The position numbers were made by a program, and so were the translations under genes. Below, in pieces: positions 28,418-42,825 of a stretch of DNA of 64,000 nt. The notes below the pieces were generated by a model, which was not told the DNA's origin, did no database searches, and worked only from the letters and a program-made list of their open reading frames with translations. Every line of letters begins with the position of its first letter. Position 1 is the stretch's first letter. The stretch is from Styela clava (Eukaryota): NCBI RefSeq assembly GCF_964204865.1, contig NC_135256.1:4154001-4218000 (forward strand), read 5' to 3'.

Positions 28418-31375
28418 TTTTTTTTTTAAATAGTAGGCCTCGACCCACCGATACTTATCTTCTTTCATACTTACGTCTTTTCAGGGAACGCTGGTAAATA
28501 TTCTTGTCTTTTTTAAACCTGAAATACGGGTTATTATAACATCATTTTAGAACGCGAGAATCTCCTTCATTAGATGTTATACCCAGAAACTCAGAGAGTA
28601 TTTCTTTCCAATTTGCATTCGCCTCATATTGAATTAGATCCCCATACCTCATCTTGCGTTGCAAAAGATGCTGGTAGAAACCACCTATAACAGATTTTAT
28701 AAAATAGTTTTATAATGAAATAAATAACCTCGTTTGTCTCGGCATATCGATCTTCTTCATCGAGAACCTTTTTTATTTTGATTATCTGAATCCTAAAAAT
28801 TTTAAAGACAGATATTTTGCAACTAGTGCTATAAGTGTTAAAAAAAATTCTCCCATGGAAGCAACTTATAGCACTTGAGCTGATCGAATTTACAATATTT
28901 AGAATTTTCGATGACATGCCAAGACAAACGTTACATTCAAAGACTATATGCTGGGTGGTGGCCTTCACAGAGTTCGCAGTTAAGCTTCAGCAGACGGTTA
29001 ATAAATTTATTATATTTAAATCCCGTCTTTTGTCCAAAAAGAAACCCATTGCGGACTACCCGAAACGAAGTCTCCAGGTCTTAATTATTGAAATGTCCTC
29101 GAATGTGTCTATCTATTGAAAAGATGGACACATTCCCATTTGATGTCAGTAGGGAGGTGCTCCGTTCTTTCCCCAATTAGTCTTAAGATACATGTTACTT
29201 GAGTTGGAGGATTCCCATTCTTTGGTTGAAAAATTTATACTTTTAAAATGACTAAACCTTAACAACTAAGGTTCTGGTACACATAAGGCGTGAGGCATAG
29301 AATTGCTATATAAAGATGGATTTGTAAACTTTATTTTGCTACCAAAGCTGTACAGGGCCCTTATAGTCGACGTCCACATTTGAGATCGGACGCCAATTTC
29401 TCAAATCTGAGCGTCGGCTTTCTTATAAATTAAGCGAACCCTGGCAAGAATCAAAGAATCTGGCAATATGCCAGAAAAGATAATATTTTTTAGAATAGTG
29501 AATTCTTTTTCATCATGTACCAAAACGCCAAATAGAACTCTATTAAGAAGACGTTCAAACCGGGCGACTTCCCATTTTCCATGCTTTTAATTATATGAAA
29601 AACTTCCTGTCCATGATTCCAGGTTGAAATATTATCTACATCTTCCTGATTTAAAGACGTAGTATTAAGGGTATTTAAATATGTCTTTTGAGTGTACGTA
29701 CGCACTGTACGAGTATCTATGTCAGATACAGTGCCTCAAAGCCCGAATAAAAATTTTGGACTATATTCTTATTATTACTCTTTTTTTAATTTTCTGAAAA
29801 AATTATTTTGGTTTGTTTTCCACCAATCTCAGTTTCATTGATTTTGGCCTTTAATTTAATGTAATATTATTTATTTTTTTGATATAGAAGAAGCTCCTGC
29901 CGAAGTTTATTATCGAGTCGTTATCGGTGCCTTCTCTAATTCAAGATGTTCCATTTTCCTTCTATTATCCTTTGCTTTTTGGATCAAATAAGCAATAGAT
30001 GTTTTTCTCATGGCTAAATTTAACAAAATCCCACCGGTTCTGGATATGGGAAAAATTATTCATATGGTGGACCAGATCATGATATTTATTAGTGATTATG
30101 TCTGTATAGTTTTCATCACCATACAAATTAAGAGTATTGTTCCATGCACCCTAGGTCTACCTTGTTTTCATAGAAGATCTTAACACAAGGACTGGGACAA
30201 GAATGTGGTCAGAAACGGTTTTTAAAATATGGTGGATATTTTTGGTTTTAAGAAACCTAGTTTCTGTCTATCCTGCGTGACTGAGTACCAATTTTAAATG
30301 TGTTATTTAGGTTATTTATTCCGGTAAATATCCACCGTACTTGAAGCTTGCATGATGGTACCTTATATTTTCACTGTCCCAGATGGCTTAAAACGATGTT
30401 TATTAAGAACACCAAGTTCATCTAGGACAGAGTTAAAATCACCAGCTATGATTATAAACAACAAAGGATGCAGGGTCCGATTTACACTGCACATATTCTC
30501 CATAAAATCTGTAACCCAGATCATTGCCCAAGTTTGGAAGACATTAGGGTTACAGCGATGTGAATATATAAATCAATAGTAAATATAGGACCAATTTCAA
30601 TACTGGCAGACGAGACTGCCAAGAATGAGTGACCACCAAACGAAGTGTATTTTTATTAGGAATGGTAGAATGAAAAGAATTAAGTTATGTTATTTTATCC
30701 TTTTTCTTTAGAAGCCAGAATAGCAAAAATCCTGGATTTATGTGGGGGCAGGACAAGAGAGGTGTCGGATGTTCCTGACGAACTTTCCCGTCTTTTTTTG
30801 TCATTCCTAAAAACAGGGTTGGGGGCTATCCTTGAATAGTCCCACTCTGGTCCCGGTTTCTTCGTTTTTCCATGGCTCCTAAGTTTTTTTTCAAAAACAC
30901 ATGGTCTTCATCTGGGTTCTCCGAGAGTTTGACCAGGTTTAACGGGCCATCTTCCGAAGAGCTCTGCTTCTCTTCGATGTTATTATTTGAAATTACTACT
31001 ACGGAGTTTTCCGGGCCTCCAATCAATTTTAAATTATTTTCATCCTTTTCACCTAATTTCCCCTTTAAATTAGAGGGATTCGACTTCAAAGAGTCGGAAA
31101 TGTTTCTTACATCTGTCTGTAGGGATAGGATGTAATTCCGCCCTAACCATACTAAAAAAATTTAACAAGTTTTTAAGTGGGATTACAGTTACAATATTTT
31201 TCTTATCCGAGGGTCGCTGTGACGACGATGGACTAGGTAGAATTTTGGCAAAACGATACCTAGCAGGTTTTATTAATGTATTCGACACTGGTACATCGAC
31301 AGGTGTTGTCGCTACCCGATTTCTCAGCAGATGGCATAGCTGGTAATTTTGTGCAATCTCTCTGGATGAGACCCG
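28418..31375 (-). mobile_element. Tx1 family A element sharing the RT deletion of 1-5720
   Basis: Poly(A) 28418-28427; junction gctgtacagggcccttatagtcgacg at ~29347-29372; ORFs 29490-29705 and 30826-31089. Confidence 0.85.
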
Positions 31376-32240
31376 ATGTGTATTGTCTTTCATTGTCGGG
31401 TTGTCCGGGCTTGTTTCAGGTGTTTTTTGTCGTGATGGGGATTTCACCACAATAGTATGTTCTCTTTTCGGACGCGGTGAAAAAATTATGGCCGTGTTTG
31501 GACTCACTCGCTGTGGTGAGCGAGTGATGGAACCTTGATCTCTTGAGCCAAATAATATTTCAAGTGAGCCGGGTATAGGTAGGATGGGTACTTCCGTACT
31601 CGTAAAATTATTTTTGTTTACAGGCGACTGCTCAATTTCTTTCGACCATTGAGTCGGTGGAATTTGCTGCCCCTGCGGAATGGGTCTAATTGAACAATTG
31701 GTGATATGACTTGTGAGAATTCGAATGGGGTCATAGTGGGCACTAGATCTGTAGTTTTATTTTCCTTATATCCAGGATCTTCTTGTTGGATTTCGGCTTC
31801 CGTGACAACTTGTTTGACATGGGATGCTTTGACCGAGTTGAAACCTTTTGGAAAGTGAGTGCTGGAAATTTCCTGTGAGACTGGTTGCACCACGTGTTTC
31901 ATTTCTTACTGTTCCAGGCTTTTTGGAGCACGCTCATCACTCAGTATTGGCTGAGATTCGATTCGAGAATTGTTTTCTTTTCAGGGCATTGCTTTTTTAT
32001 GCGTCTTTCTTTACGGCATCGTACTTTGTTGTTGCAGCGTATGTCCCTTCTCGAGGCATTTGGTGCACAAAGGACGAAGAGTTCCCTCGGGACAAAGCAT
32101 GGGCAACTATACCCGCCGATATTCAGAAATGTTGGGAGCTTATCCATTTCGGAATCCTTTATTAAAAACGAGGTGTGCTCGTTGTAAACTTTTGTGCCTT
32201 TGTAGAAAATTCTGTTAGCCTTGAGCCATGATTCCGGAGT
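31376..32240 (-). pseudogene. Tx1 family B ORF1 fragment
   Basis: FYKGTKVYNEHTSF...VPRELFV and KGFNSVKASHVKQVVTEAEI, homologous to 45969-46882 and 49720-50265. Confidence 0.8.
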
Positions 32241-35200
32241 AAGCATGGAATGGGGGATGGAGTTGGTGAATAATCTCGAATTAACCGAGATTATTCTACT
32301 GCCAAGACTATACTGGGTCTATATGCCACAGTTGATGGAATCTTTCGACTTGGCATGCAACTATATAATCTCCATGGGATCTGACGACCAGAGGAAAGAA
32401 AAAATAATCCTGTCGATGGATTTAAACACACGAGGTGGTATTTCTACAGACCTCGCGTTGAAAAGGATTTGAGACAAGACCATGGAATTAATTACCATGA
32501 TCTTGCCATACCAAGACAGAGATCTTGTTTTATTTAAGTTAAATATTTTGGCTATTTTTTCGTTCCAGGTTTGGTTTGCGCGATTATTCCCGAAGTAAAT
32601 ACCTAGAATTCTTAAACTATTGTGTACAAATTTATTATAGGCAGAGTAAGATATATTAATTCTCTTGTCTTTTTATTTGTACACAATATTTTATTTTTAG
32701 TAATTGTCTGGCAAGTGGCTAGACTGAAAAACTCTAACCGTGAAATTGGCATCGTCCAGTACTGAAAAACTCCAACCGAGTACACGTCCGATACCGTGAA
32801 ATTGGCATCGTCCGCGTACTGGTCAAGTATATGATAAAAATTACCAATTCTTGAACCGTAGATTGTTATTTACTATACGGCGGCTGAGGGGCTCCACATT
32901 GATGGTATAGAGTAGCATAAAACGTCCAATACCGTGAAATTGGCATCGTCCGCGTACTGGTCAAGTATATGATGAAAGTTACCAATTCTTAAACCTTAGA
33001 TTTTTATTTACTATACGGCGGCTGAGGGGCTCCACTTTGATGGTATAGAGTAGCATACTCAGAGGACATCCTTGACGAATGCCCCTGAGTATGCTAATTT
33101 CTTGAGTGAACGCCCCTCTATAATACTAATTATATCCGTATTTATAGATTCTATTAATCTCAAGACGTTTTGGCCTATATCAATTACCTCGAGTTTTCTC
33201 AAAGGGTAATTGTGGTTTACCATATCAAACACCTTGAGATTATCTATTGAAATTATATAAATGGGAATACGATATTGCACTATTGATGTTGTAGTGAACA
33301 TCGAATATACTACGACCATGTATAATACATTTTTGGGTAGTACTTATTATGCCCGAGAGAGGAATTACAAGACGATTTGTGAGGAGTTTGGTTATGATTC
33401 TATAGTTGACGTTCAGATTTGATATCGGGCGCCAATTTTTCAAATACCGGAAAATACCGCACATATCCTCCATGAAATTCGTCTGGATAGTACCTCGTAC
33501 CGACGGAACATAAGAAATATTGAGAGAAAAATTATTATTGTTATAGAAAAAATCCAGTTGGCAAAGTCTATTCGGGATTGAAAACTTATACGTCTAAGTC
33601 GTACGAGGGATCTTATTTTTAACTAAAAATCCCGACCCAGCCCTAAAGTATATTAGGATCTTCATGGAAGATGGTGTTTAGATAAGCAGTATATCCTATC
33701 TAAGTAGCCCATGTATCGATGTCTTCTTTTGTGCAGCGGTGGATTTGCTGCAGGGATATAATCTCAGGTCTATGTCTCTGCAACCAGATACGTAGCCTGA
33801 GCCTATTTGAGTATAGCCCGTTAACATTTAATGAGGCTATGCTCAGAGAATCCATTAAAAAAAGGGGGCTCCCGAAGTATGCGAACCAAGATGGCGGACA
33901 TCGGAATGTAATATGTGTACTAGGTTAGGGTTAGGCCATAATTTTAGGTATAAATACTACGGGAGGCTCTTGGTTAGTTTTCGAACTGATAATAGGACTA
34001 AAATAAGGAAAATTGGAAAAAAATTATCGCCTAACCCTAACCTCTGTTACCCATGTTACGTTCCGATGTCCGCTTTCTTGGTTCGCATACTTCGGGAGCA
34101 CCAAAAAAGATATCAAAAAATACTATACCTGTATATTGACATTATGCAATCTACTATAAAGCGTACGAAGGTTATTACTAAGAGTAGTAAACTATATGGA
34201 GTTGGACGGCTATAATAAAGAATGTTATTACAGGTGGTAATCCACCAATAAAAGAGTTTTCTATATAAATAGGAGGGACTATGAAGAACTAGAGTTTATC
34301 GGTATTTTATTTATCAACGACAGACAATTCAGAAAAAATCCTGGATTCACTGAGAGGGAGAGCTGAGAAATCGTCTGACGACGAGTTCTCCCGTCCCCTT
34401 TTTTGTCCCTAAAGACAGATTTCTCAATATTAGAGTAGTCCCAGTCCGGACCCGGTTCCTTGGATTTGCGATGACTGCGCAGTTTCTCTCGAAATGACGC
34501 GTGTTCTTATTCAGTTTTCTCCGAAAGTTTGGCAACCACAAGTATGCCATCTTTGAAAGAGCTGTCTTCTTCGCAAATTTCGTCCAAGAAATCCGAGTTC
34601 TTTCCAGAACTACTGTTATTATTTTCTGCCTCTTTATTATTAATTTCTTTGAATTAAAATGTTCTGACTCTAAAGAATCAGAGATGTCCTGAACTTCAAT
34701 CAGGATTAGGTTGATGTCCACCGTCACCCGACTGAGAAAATTACTAGTAGACGATTTTTCAGATATAATTGTAATTTCATCTTCCTCCTGTACTGGCCTT
34801 GGTGACGAGGTTGATGTTGCTTTTGGAAAGCTGTACCTGTCAGTCCTCACCGCTGCTTTAGATGTTGTTGCAGATGATGCCGTTGGAAAAGCAGAAAAGT
34901 CGGTGCAGTCCCTCTGCACATGACCAGATCTTTTGCACCTGCGGCAAGAGGGAGGATTCACACACTCTCGGGCTAAATGCCCGGAAGCGAAGCAATTCAA
35001 ACATTGTTTGACATAAAGTTCCGCTGGCAGGTATGTTTTGCAGCGTATACCGCAAACGTTGATAAAATCTGAAAAAGAATTATTATCAAAATCGTCATCG
35101 ATTGCTTGGATATATCCATTATACACTTTCGTGTTTTTAAGATATATCTTATACACTGAGCGAGTTGAGCATGGATGTTAACTGCTCTTTGGTCGCCTCA

Positions 35201-35910
35201 GTTAGAATTCCGTGGACACTAATGCGCGTGCCAGCACCACACGGTAGAGAAAATGTTATAGAACCAGATGGGGTATCGAGTTGGCCTCTTACGGAGGTAA
35301 GAAACTCCTCTCGATTACCACCATCTGCGGAACTGAAAGTTATGTATTTAAAGATTTTTATTAATTGGAAATATTTCTTCTACAAGATGTTTGAAGGAAC
35401 GAAGCTGTTCAACTGTCGTGAAGAGCTTATAGAACGCAGAGACCGTAGGAATGTCCTTCGATGTCAACGCGTCTACTGACTCTCCACGACGTACTGACAA
35501 GGTCTTTGACGTTGGCAACTTTAGGCAGCGACGCCGCAACACTTTGGCGCCGAGGAAAAAGCCGAAAGAGAAGTTATAGCAGAGACACTCTGGTTTACAC
35601 CAGTGCCGAGAGGCAAGTGTGTCCTGGCAGGCATAAACGAATATACTTAACAACCAGACTATTTACGAAATGAATTTACTACCACAGGTCTATATAAACT
35701 AGGCTACCTGTTAGGATAGTTGACGATAGGAATATTAAACTAACTCAGGACTATAAGTTGAAACAAGTAACAAGCAAACAAAAGCGATAACAAATTATTT
35801 GAAAGAAGTCGTTAAAGAAACGCCGGGGTGGCCTCAAAGAAAATATTATATTCAAGTGAGCGAAGCCACTCCCAATACACCAAGAAATTAGAGCGGGCTG
35901 GCAATGCCAC
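32240..35910 (-). mobile_element. Tx1 family A element with deletions
   Basis: Head 35817-35910; ORF1 34347-35156 (CLNCFASGHLAREC, CRRCKRSGHVQRDC); EN start ~33854; RT 33059-33473. Confidence 0.88.
33865..34102. mobile_element. MITE with ~50-bp TIRs and subterminal TTAGGG motifs
   Basis: GGGGCTCCCGAAGTATGCGAACCAAGA... / ...TCTTGGTTCGCATACTTCGGGAGCACC; flanked by an AAAAAAG repeat. Confidence 0.88.
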
Positions 35911-38395
35911 AGATCTTGTTTCCTGCAAATACCTGTTAGCAGGCAAACTAAGAACACCAGAAGAAACAGATATGTAGAGTTAACAATGACTTCCGTGACA
36001 GGAGAGAGTTAGGAGAAATGCACCTTGATGCACACTCATGTTACCTCTCCCTGTCACGTGATGCTCGTCTCCCCTAGAAAATGAGAAAGAAGTGAGGAAG
36101 AAAAGAGCTAAAAGGTTATGAAGAAAGTTATATTGGGAAAGAAAAAAATAAGAATTGTGAGAAATAAACAAAAAAAACTTTACCAAAAAAAAGCCAAGAT
36201 TCTTAGTGTATTTGGCGTTTATATATATAAAATTGTTTGACTTGCTATGTTAATTATAATATTTTATACTATTAATATTAATAAGAACCTAATGTTCATT
36301 AAAAAAGATATAACAGTAGAAAAGTAAATTAATTGTTTTATAAATAGGTATTTCCTGGAGAGGAAGAGAGTTATAAGAGATTATTAGTATCCTCGAGCAT
36401 GAGGTTTCCAATTATTAGATGTTATATCCGGATAGGATCTCCTTCCAATTTGGAAGCAATTCATATATAATAATATCCCCATACTTTGACACGCGCTCCA
36501 AGAGGTGCTTATAAAAATTTCCTATAACAGATTTTATTATATTATTAACATCGTTTGTCTTAACATATCGGTCTTCTTTATCAAGAGCCCTTTTTAAGTA
36601 AATTATCTGAACTTTGTAGATTTGAAAATTCTTAAGGACCGATATAGCACAGTTGTTATTATAAGTGTTATACAGGAAAATATGCGGAGTAGTATCTAGC
36701 CCGGCGTTACAAAACTTGCAATTTAGCTCCAGAAGACTAGTATTAAATTTGTTATATTTAAAACACGTCTGTTTCCGCCGTTGTCCGAATAAAAAATCGT
36801 TCCGCGCAACCCTATACAAAATCTCCCGCTCATGATTATTAAAATGTTTTCTAAGATGCACTGTGCCTCTCTAGGCCAGAATTGTCTGGGATTAGTTAGA
36901 AAGACTAGATGTTTTAGTTTTTCAGCCTGACAGACATCAATTTTAGTCCGAAGACTAATTACGCCCACGCCGCCTTTATCCATATCGTCCTGAGGGACCA
37001 TCCTACTAAGAATCTCCATTGGTTCAGAGGACCAGATGAAGAAAAAAATAGATCGCCCAATTACCTAATTTGGAACGGCATGGAAACCGACCTTGCATTA
37101 TAAAGGACCTGGGACAAGATGAGTGAATTGATTACTACAATCTTGTCATACCAGGAAAGAGAACGAGTTTTACTAAGATTAAATATTTTATTAATATTAG
37201 CAATTCTTCCTTGCCAAGCTTTGGCTATCTGATCTTTACCAATGCCTAGAATTTTGACAGAGTCTTTTACAAGATTATTATGGACAGAGAAAGATATTAG
37301 ATCTCTAGCCCGTTGGTTTGTACAAAGAATCTCTGTTTTATTTCTCTCTCTAGGATCGGCCCGGTCATAAATTCCAGATCTGTGTCATCTTGGGATTATG
37401 GCTAAATTAAATCTATTTTGGGGGGTCAATAGTATTTCATAGTGGTCTGCATGTGAACAAAACCAATTTCAAAACTCAAAATGTTTGAGTTTAAATTATC
37501 CATGCTTGATCCGAGTGTTCTCAATTACGGTGACGTCATCATATTTTTTTATGTATAATTTTTATTTTGCAACAAGGTCAAATTTATTTGTATGAGTATT
37601 TCAAAGCTTAAAAATAAACAAATATTTGTTGTTAGTTGAAAACGAAGTATTTTGAACGCGCGAGCAACGTTCTCCGGCTCATAATAAACAAACAAAGATA
37701 CCAGACAGCACGCGATCAAATGCTCTTTGATAAAACGAATATCACTTCACTTACAAATCCCACTTTTGTTTTATTTTGAAGGTGACGTAAAACTCGTCCA
37801 AAGGAAAACTCTTTCTCTCGCATATCAATCACGTGTTGACCACAGCGTTAAAAGTGAGAAACTTTTTCTCGAAATTTTTTGAAATTTCTTTCTTCTTACT
37901 GGCATATGGTCGGACGCATTTACGCTACGTAATGTGGGCGCGTTTTAGTGGAAAGCGACGAAAATAAGCTATTCAGGGACACATTAATGATGTCTTTGGC
38001 ATTTTTGGTTGGTGAAATATAAAAATGGTGTCAAAATGACCCAGGAACACCAGGGGTCATTGAGTTTTGCCTGACCTGTGGAGAAATGAAAAAGATCCAA
38101 TTCCTTAAATATAGCATCAACCGAGTATGCATCGGATACAACAAAAGTTGCATCGTCCGCATACTAGTCTAGCTTGTGTCGGAATGTACCTATCTTTAAA
38201 CCTTTTATTAGATTATTATTTATTACTCTACGGCTCAGGGGACAGACATCCTTGGCGAATGTCCCAGAGTATGTTGATCTATTTTGTAAAAGCCCCCTTC
38301 ACCTCAACGATGCTACTTATATTATAACACATTGATTTTATCAATTTCAAGGCTCTGTCACCAATATTAATTCTCTTAAAAAGAGATAATAAGTA
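35911..38395 (-). mobile_element. Tx1 family A 3' half
   Basis: ORFs 36415-36861 and 36723-37019; RT YADD region ~38150; 3' hairpin ~35985-36070. Confidence 0.85.
37344..38066. mobile_element. Unclassified ~720-bp insertion in RT
   Basis: Interrupts sequence that is contiguous in the paralog at ~11125-11160; GTCA/TGAC-rich ends; no clean TIR or TSD. Confidence 0.5.
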
Positions 38396-41300
38396 TTATT
38401 TATTATTCTGATGAGGAAGGAGTTCTTGACGAAGTCTCATTATTTCATCATTGTCGGTACCTTCGGTTAGTAATTGACCCAGATGTAACTTTTTCCTTTT
38501 ATTTTCTCTTGCTTTAGAGATGGAATAAGCAATCGAAACTTTCCTATGACTATATTTTACCAAATCCCACCATTTTTGAATGTAAGAAAATTCATCCATA
38601 TGGTGGACTAAATAAATATACTTATCAGTAATTATGTTAATATCACTATACAAACTAACATTATTTTTCCAGGTACCCTTATCCTCATACAAGGACTGGA
38701 ACAAGGGTGTGATCTGAAACGGTGTTTATTCGATGGTGGATGTCTTTGAAACAAGCTAGCAGGTTTTCAGAGATATAAATTCTGTCCATCCTGCGTTACT
38801 GTGTTCCAAGTTGGCAGGTGTAAAGTTGCCCCGTAGGATAGTTTCTACGGTAGACATTCACCATAGCTGAAGTTTGGATAGTTGAACTTAGAATATTCTC
38901 TACCCTAGAGAGCTTAAAATGATGTTTAACTAAAACATCACGCAAAAAAAAAAAAATTTCCAGATGGGTACTAGTTCATACGAAACAATATTGCCATGCG
39001 TGATCTCGCGACCCAAAAGATGATTATAATAACCGGTCACGACTGATTTAAAGATATTATTAGTATCGTTTGCCGTCGCGTATCGTCTTTGTCGAGAACC
39101 CTTTTCACCCCAATTATGTGGACCGGTGGTGCGGAGGTTGGAGGACCCCCATTCCTCGGCCGAGAAGTTCAATCTTTTAAAATGATTAAATCTCTTCAAC
39201 CAAGGGTCAGGTACATGGATGGAGTGGGGCATGGAATTACTGTATAAAAAAAGAATTAACAAATTTTATCTTACTGCCAAGAGGGTATTGGGCCTCTCTA
39301 TGCCAGAATTGACTTGGTTTAGTTAGAGAGACCAGATGTTTAAACATTTCCACTTGGCAGGCAGCAATCTTAGTCCTAAGACTAATTACGCCCCTCCCTC
39401 CTTTATTAATGTCATCCTGGAGAATCCTCCTACTCAAGACTTCCATGGGGTCAGATGTCCATAGAAACGAAATAATACTACACTCTATTATCTGTACAGT
39501 TTGAGGAGGTATAAATACCGACCTCGTACTGTACAGAACCTGGGACAAGATTAGGGAGTTTATCACCATAATCTTGTCATGCCAAAAGAGAGACCTAGAT
39601 CGACGAAGGTTGATTTTTTTATTGATGGTAACGGTAAGTATCTTCGCTTGCCATGTCTTATTGACTTGGTTTTTACCAAAATAAATTCCGAGTATTTTAA
39701 CAGAGTCCTTTGTATATTGATTATGAGCCGAGATGGATATTAAATCTCTGGCCCGTTGGTTAGTACAAAGGATCTCTGTTTTATTCCAGTTAATGGCTAG
39801 GCTTTACAAAAAAGCTCTAATTCAAAAAAATTTCATCCACCGAGTATGCATCGGATACAACAAAAGTTGCATCGTCTGCATACTGGTCAAATTTATGATA
39901 GAAATTACTTATACATCCTTGACGGATGCCCCTGAATACGTTAATCTCCTCCGTGAAAGCCCCGTTCACCTCGACAATGCTAGAAATATTCGTATACATA
40001 GATGTTATCAACCTCAAGACATTCTCACCAATATTTATTCTGTGAAGAATGTTTAATAGGAGTCGATGGGAAAACATGTCGAATGCCTTGAGGTTATCAA
40101 TAGCTACTATAAAACAGGGAATAATTTTATCCCTGGTAAAATTTATAGCGCTATTTAGATTATTATGTATGTCGAATACCTCGACCAGGAATGCTACATT
40201 TCTGATTTGGACTTATTATGAAGGAAAGAGGTCCGTTTTGTGAGAAGTTTGGCGACGATTTTGTAGTCGAAGTTCAGATTTGAGATCGGTCGCCAATTTT
40301 TCAAATCCAAAACGTCGGCTTTTTTAAAAATTAAACGAACGCGCGCGATTTTAGAAGAGTCCGGCAGTTTACCAGAAAATAAAATGTTATTTATCAAAAT
40401 TATGAATTCTTTCTTTATTGTAGTCCAAAACGTCTCATAGAACTTTTTAGAGAAGCCGTCAAGACCTGGCGACTTCCCGCTCCCCATTTCTCGTATGATA
40501 TTAAAAACTTCTTCTTCAGAGGTCCAATCAGTCAATTCATCCGGATTGTCAGGAGTTAATTTAGGGTGATTCATTATATTTAGATAATCCTGTTGCGTCA
40601 CTATATCAATGGGAGATACAGTTCCCCATAGCTCCTTATAGAAGCTGTGTACTATATTAATTATTTCAGCTGGATTATTTTTTATTATGCCCTGATTATC
40701 TTTAAGTTCAGTAATGGTGGTTTCGGCCTCTCTTTTCTTTATTTTTTGATAAAAAATTTTAGAAGTTTTTTCTTCGGTTTCAGGGCTTTCAATATTGGCT
40801 TTTAATTTAATATATTCTAATTTCTCTTCCTGCTGAAGAAGAAGTTCACGACGCAGTTGAATAATAGCATTATTATTGGTCCCTTCTTTAATTAGATGTT
40901 GTAATTCTAACTCTTTACTTTTATTTTCTTCAGATTTCTGGATGGAATATGAAATCGATACCTTCCGGATGCTATTTTCGACAAAGTCCCACCAGTCTTG
41001 GATGAAAGGAAAGTTCTCCAGACGACGAACATACTATATTTATGTTTAATTAAATTAATATACACTTGATCGTTATACAAGCTAAGATTGTTTTTCCAAG
41101 CACCCTTGCCCCACTTAGTCTTCAAAGAATATTTTAAAACAAGTAATGGGACAAGAATTTGGTCAGACACGGTGTTGATTAAATGATGGATGATTTGAGC
41201 ACTAGCCAGCAGATTTTCAGAGATGTAAATTCTGTCAATCCTGCGTGATTGTGCTCCTATTTGGCAGGTGTATATTTGCCCAGTGGGATAATTCCTACGA

Positions 41301-42825
41301 TAAATATCCACCATGTTGGAAGCTTGTAAAGCTGATCCTAATATTTTCTCTTGCCCTAGACAGCTTCAAATGATGTTTATTAAGAACATCACGCTCATCT
41401 AGGACAGAGTTAAAATCGCCGGCTATTATTAAATGTAACAATTAATCCCGGGTCCGGATTACACTGCACATCTTTTACATGAAGTCTGTCTGGATTAGGC
41501 CTCTGACAGACGAGACGTACGCGTTTATTATAGAAAAAATATTATTATTATAGTCGAAGTCGAGTCTGTCGGGAATTAGACTATTATACAAAAAATCTGT
41601 ACAAGAGATGTTGTTTTTAATTAAAATCCCCGTCCCAGATTTAAAATATTTGACAGATGTGTCTTCATGGAAGATGGTGTTAAGATGCGCAGTGTAACCC
41701 AGATAATTAGCCCAAGTTTCGATATTATTTTATTGCAGCGATGAACTACTACCCTGCAGACTTGTAATTTTGCCTCGAGATCGCTTCAAATGTCTGCGGA
41801 TACCATAGGAAGTTATAAAATAATTTACCAAACTCTTTTATGCGTTGTGCATCCATGATGATACTTCTCGCCGAAAATAGAATATGTTGCGTGAGCTTTC
41901 CGTTCCAACTCCGTGCAGATCATTATCCCAAGTTTCGATATTATTTTTATTGCAGCGATGAACTTGCTGCAAAGAAACAATATCAGGTCTCTGGTTTTGA
42001 AGCCAGAGAGTTAACTTAAGCCAATTAGTTGTTAGCCTATTGATATTAAATGTGATTATTTTTAGATAATCCATTGAAAAGCAGGCGATAGAAAAATATA
42101 ATGTTTACTATATTTGAACTTAATGCATAGATATTGTGTATTAGGTTCTTATTATAAACTATAATTATTATAAGAATATTATCATTACTAGCAGAGAGAT
42201 AAACCAGTAATGAACCGCCACAAACAGATGAATTCTCTCCCAAGATGTGATGAGGATAAAAATCGAGGAATTTATGAAATTGTGTTATATTATATTATTC
42301 ATCCACTTTCGAGGGCATGACGGGAAAAATCCTAGATTTACTAGGGGGCAGAACGAAGGAGGTGTCTGATGTACTAGACTAGACAAACTCTCCCGTCCCC
42401 TTTTATCGTCCCTAAAAACAGATAGTTTATCAATTTGGGAATAGTCCCACTCAGGACCAGGTTTCTTCTGTTTGCCATGGCTTCGGAGTGTTTGCCGAAA
42501 AGACGCATGGTCGTCATCAGAACTCTCCGAGAGTTTGACCAGATTTAAAGATCGATTATTTCAGGATCATCCTGTTTTTTTCCTTTTTAAAACTATTTTT
42601 ATTAGCATCATCCAACTTCTCCTTGGTGTTTAAAGAATTTGACTCGAGAGAATCAGATAGCTCACGTATTTCAGTAGGGATCGGGTGCAATTCGACCCTA
42701 ACCAAACTAGAGAACTTATTGGGTTTTTTGGATGATGTTTCTTCCTTTCTATTATTTTTCTTCGGCGACTGTCTCTTCGTTAATGAGGAACTAGATACAA
42801 CTTTAGAGAAGATACCAGAAATAAA
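38396..42825 (-). mobile_element. Tx1 family A: EN-linker fragment (38396-38943) plus a long ORF1-end/ORF2 remnant (38958-42825)
   Basis: ITFNINRL (42074), SRRIDRIY (40907-41314), GKSPGLDGF/WRPISNLNFDYK (40194-40601), QYADD (39817-40077). Confidence 0.88.

Noticed and set aside
33920-34042. Interstitial telomere
   Set aside because: Only about two repeat units per side, lying inside a MITE.
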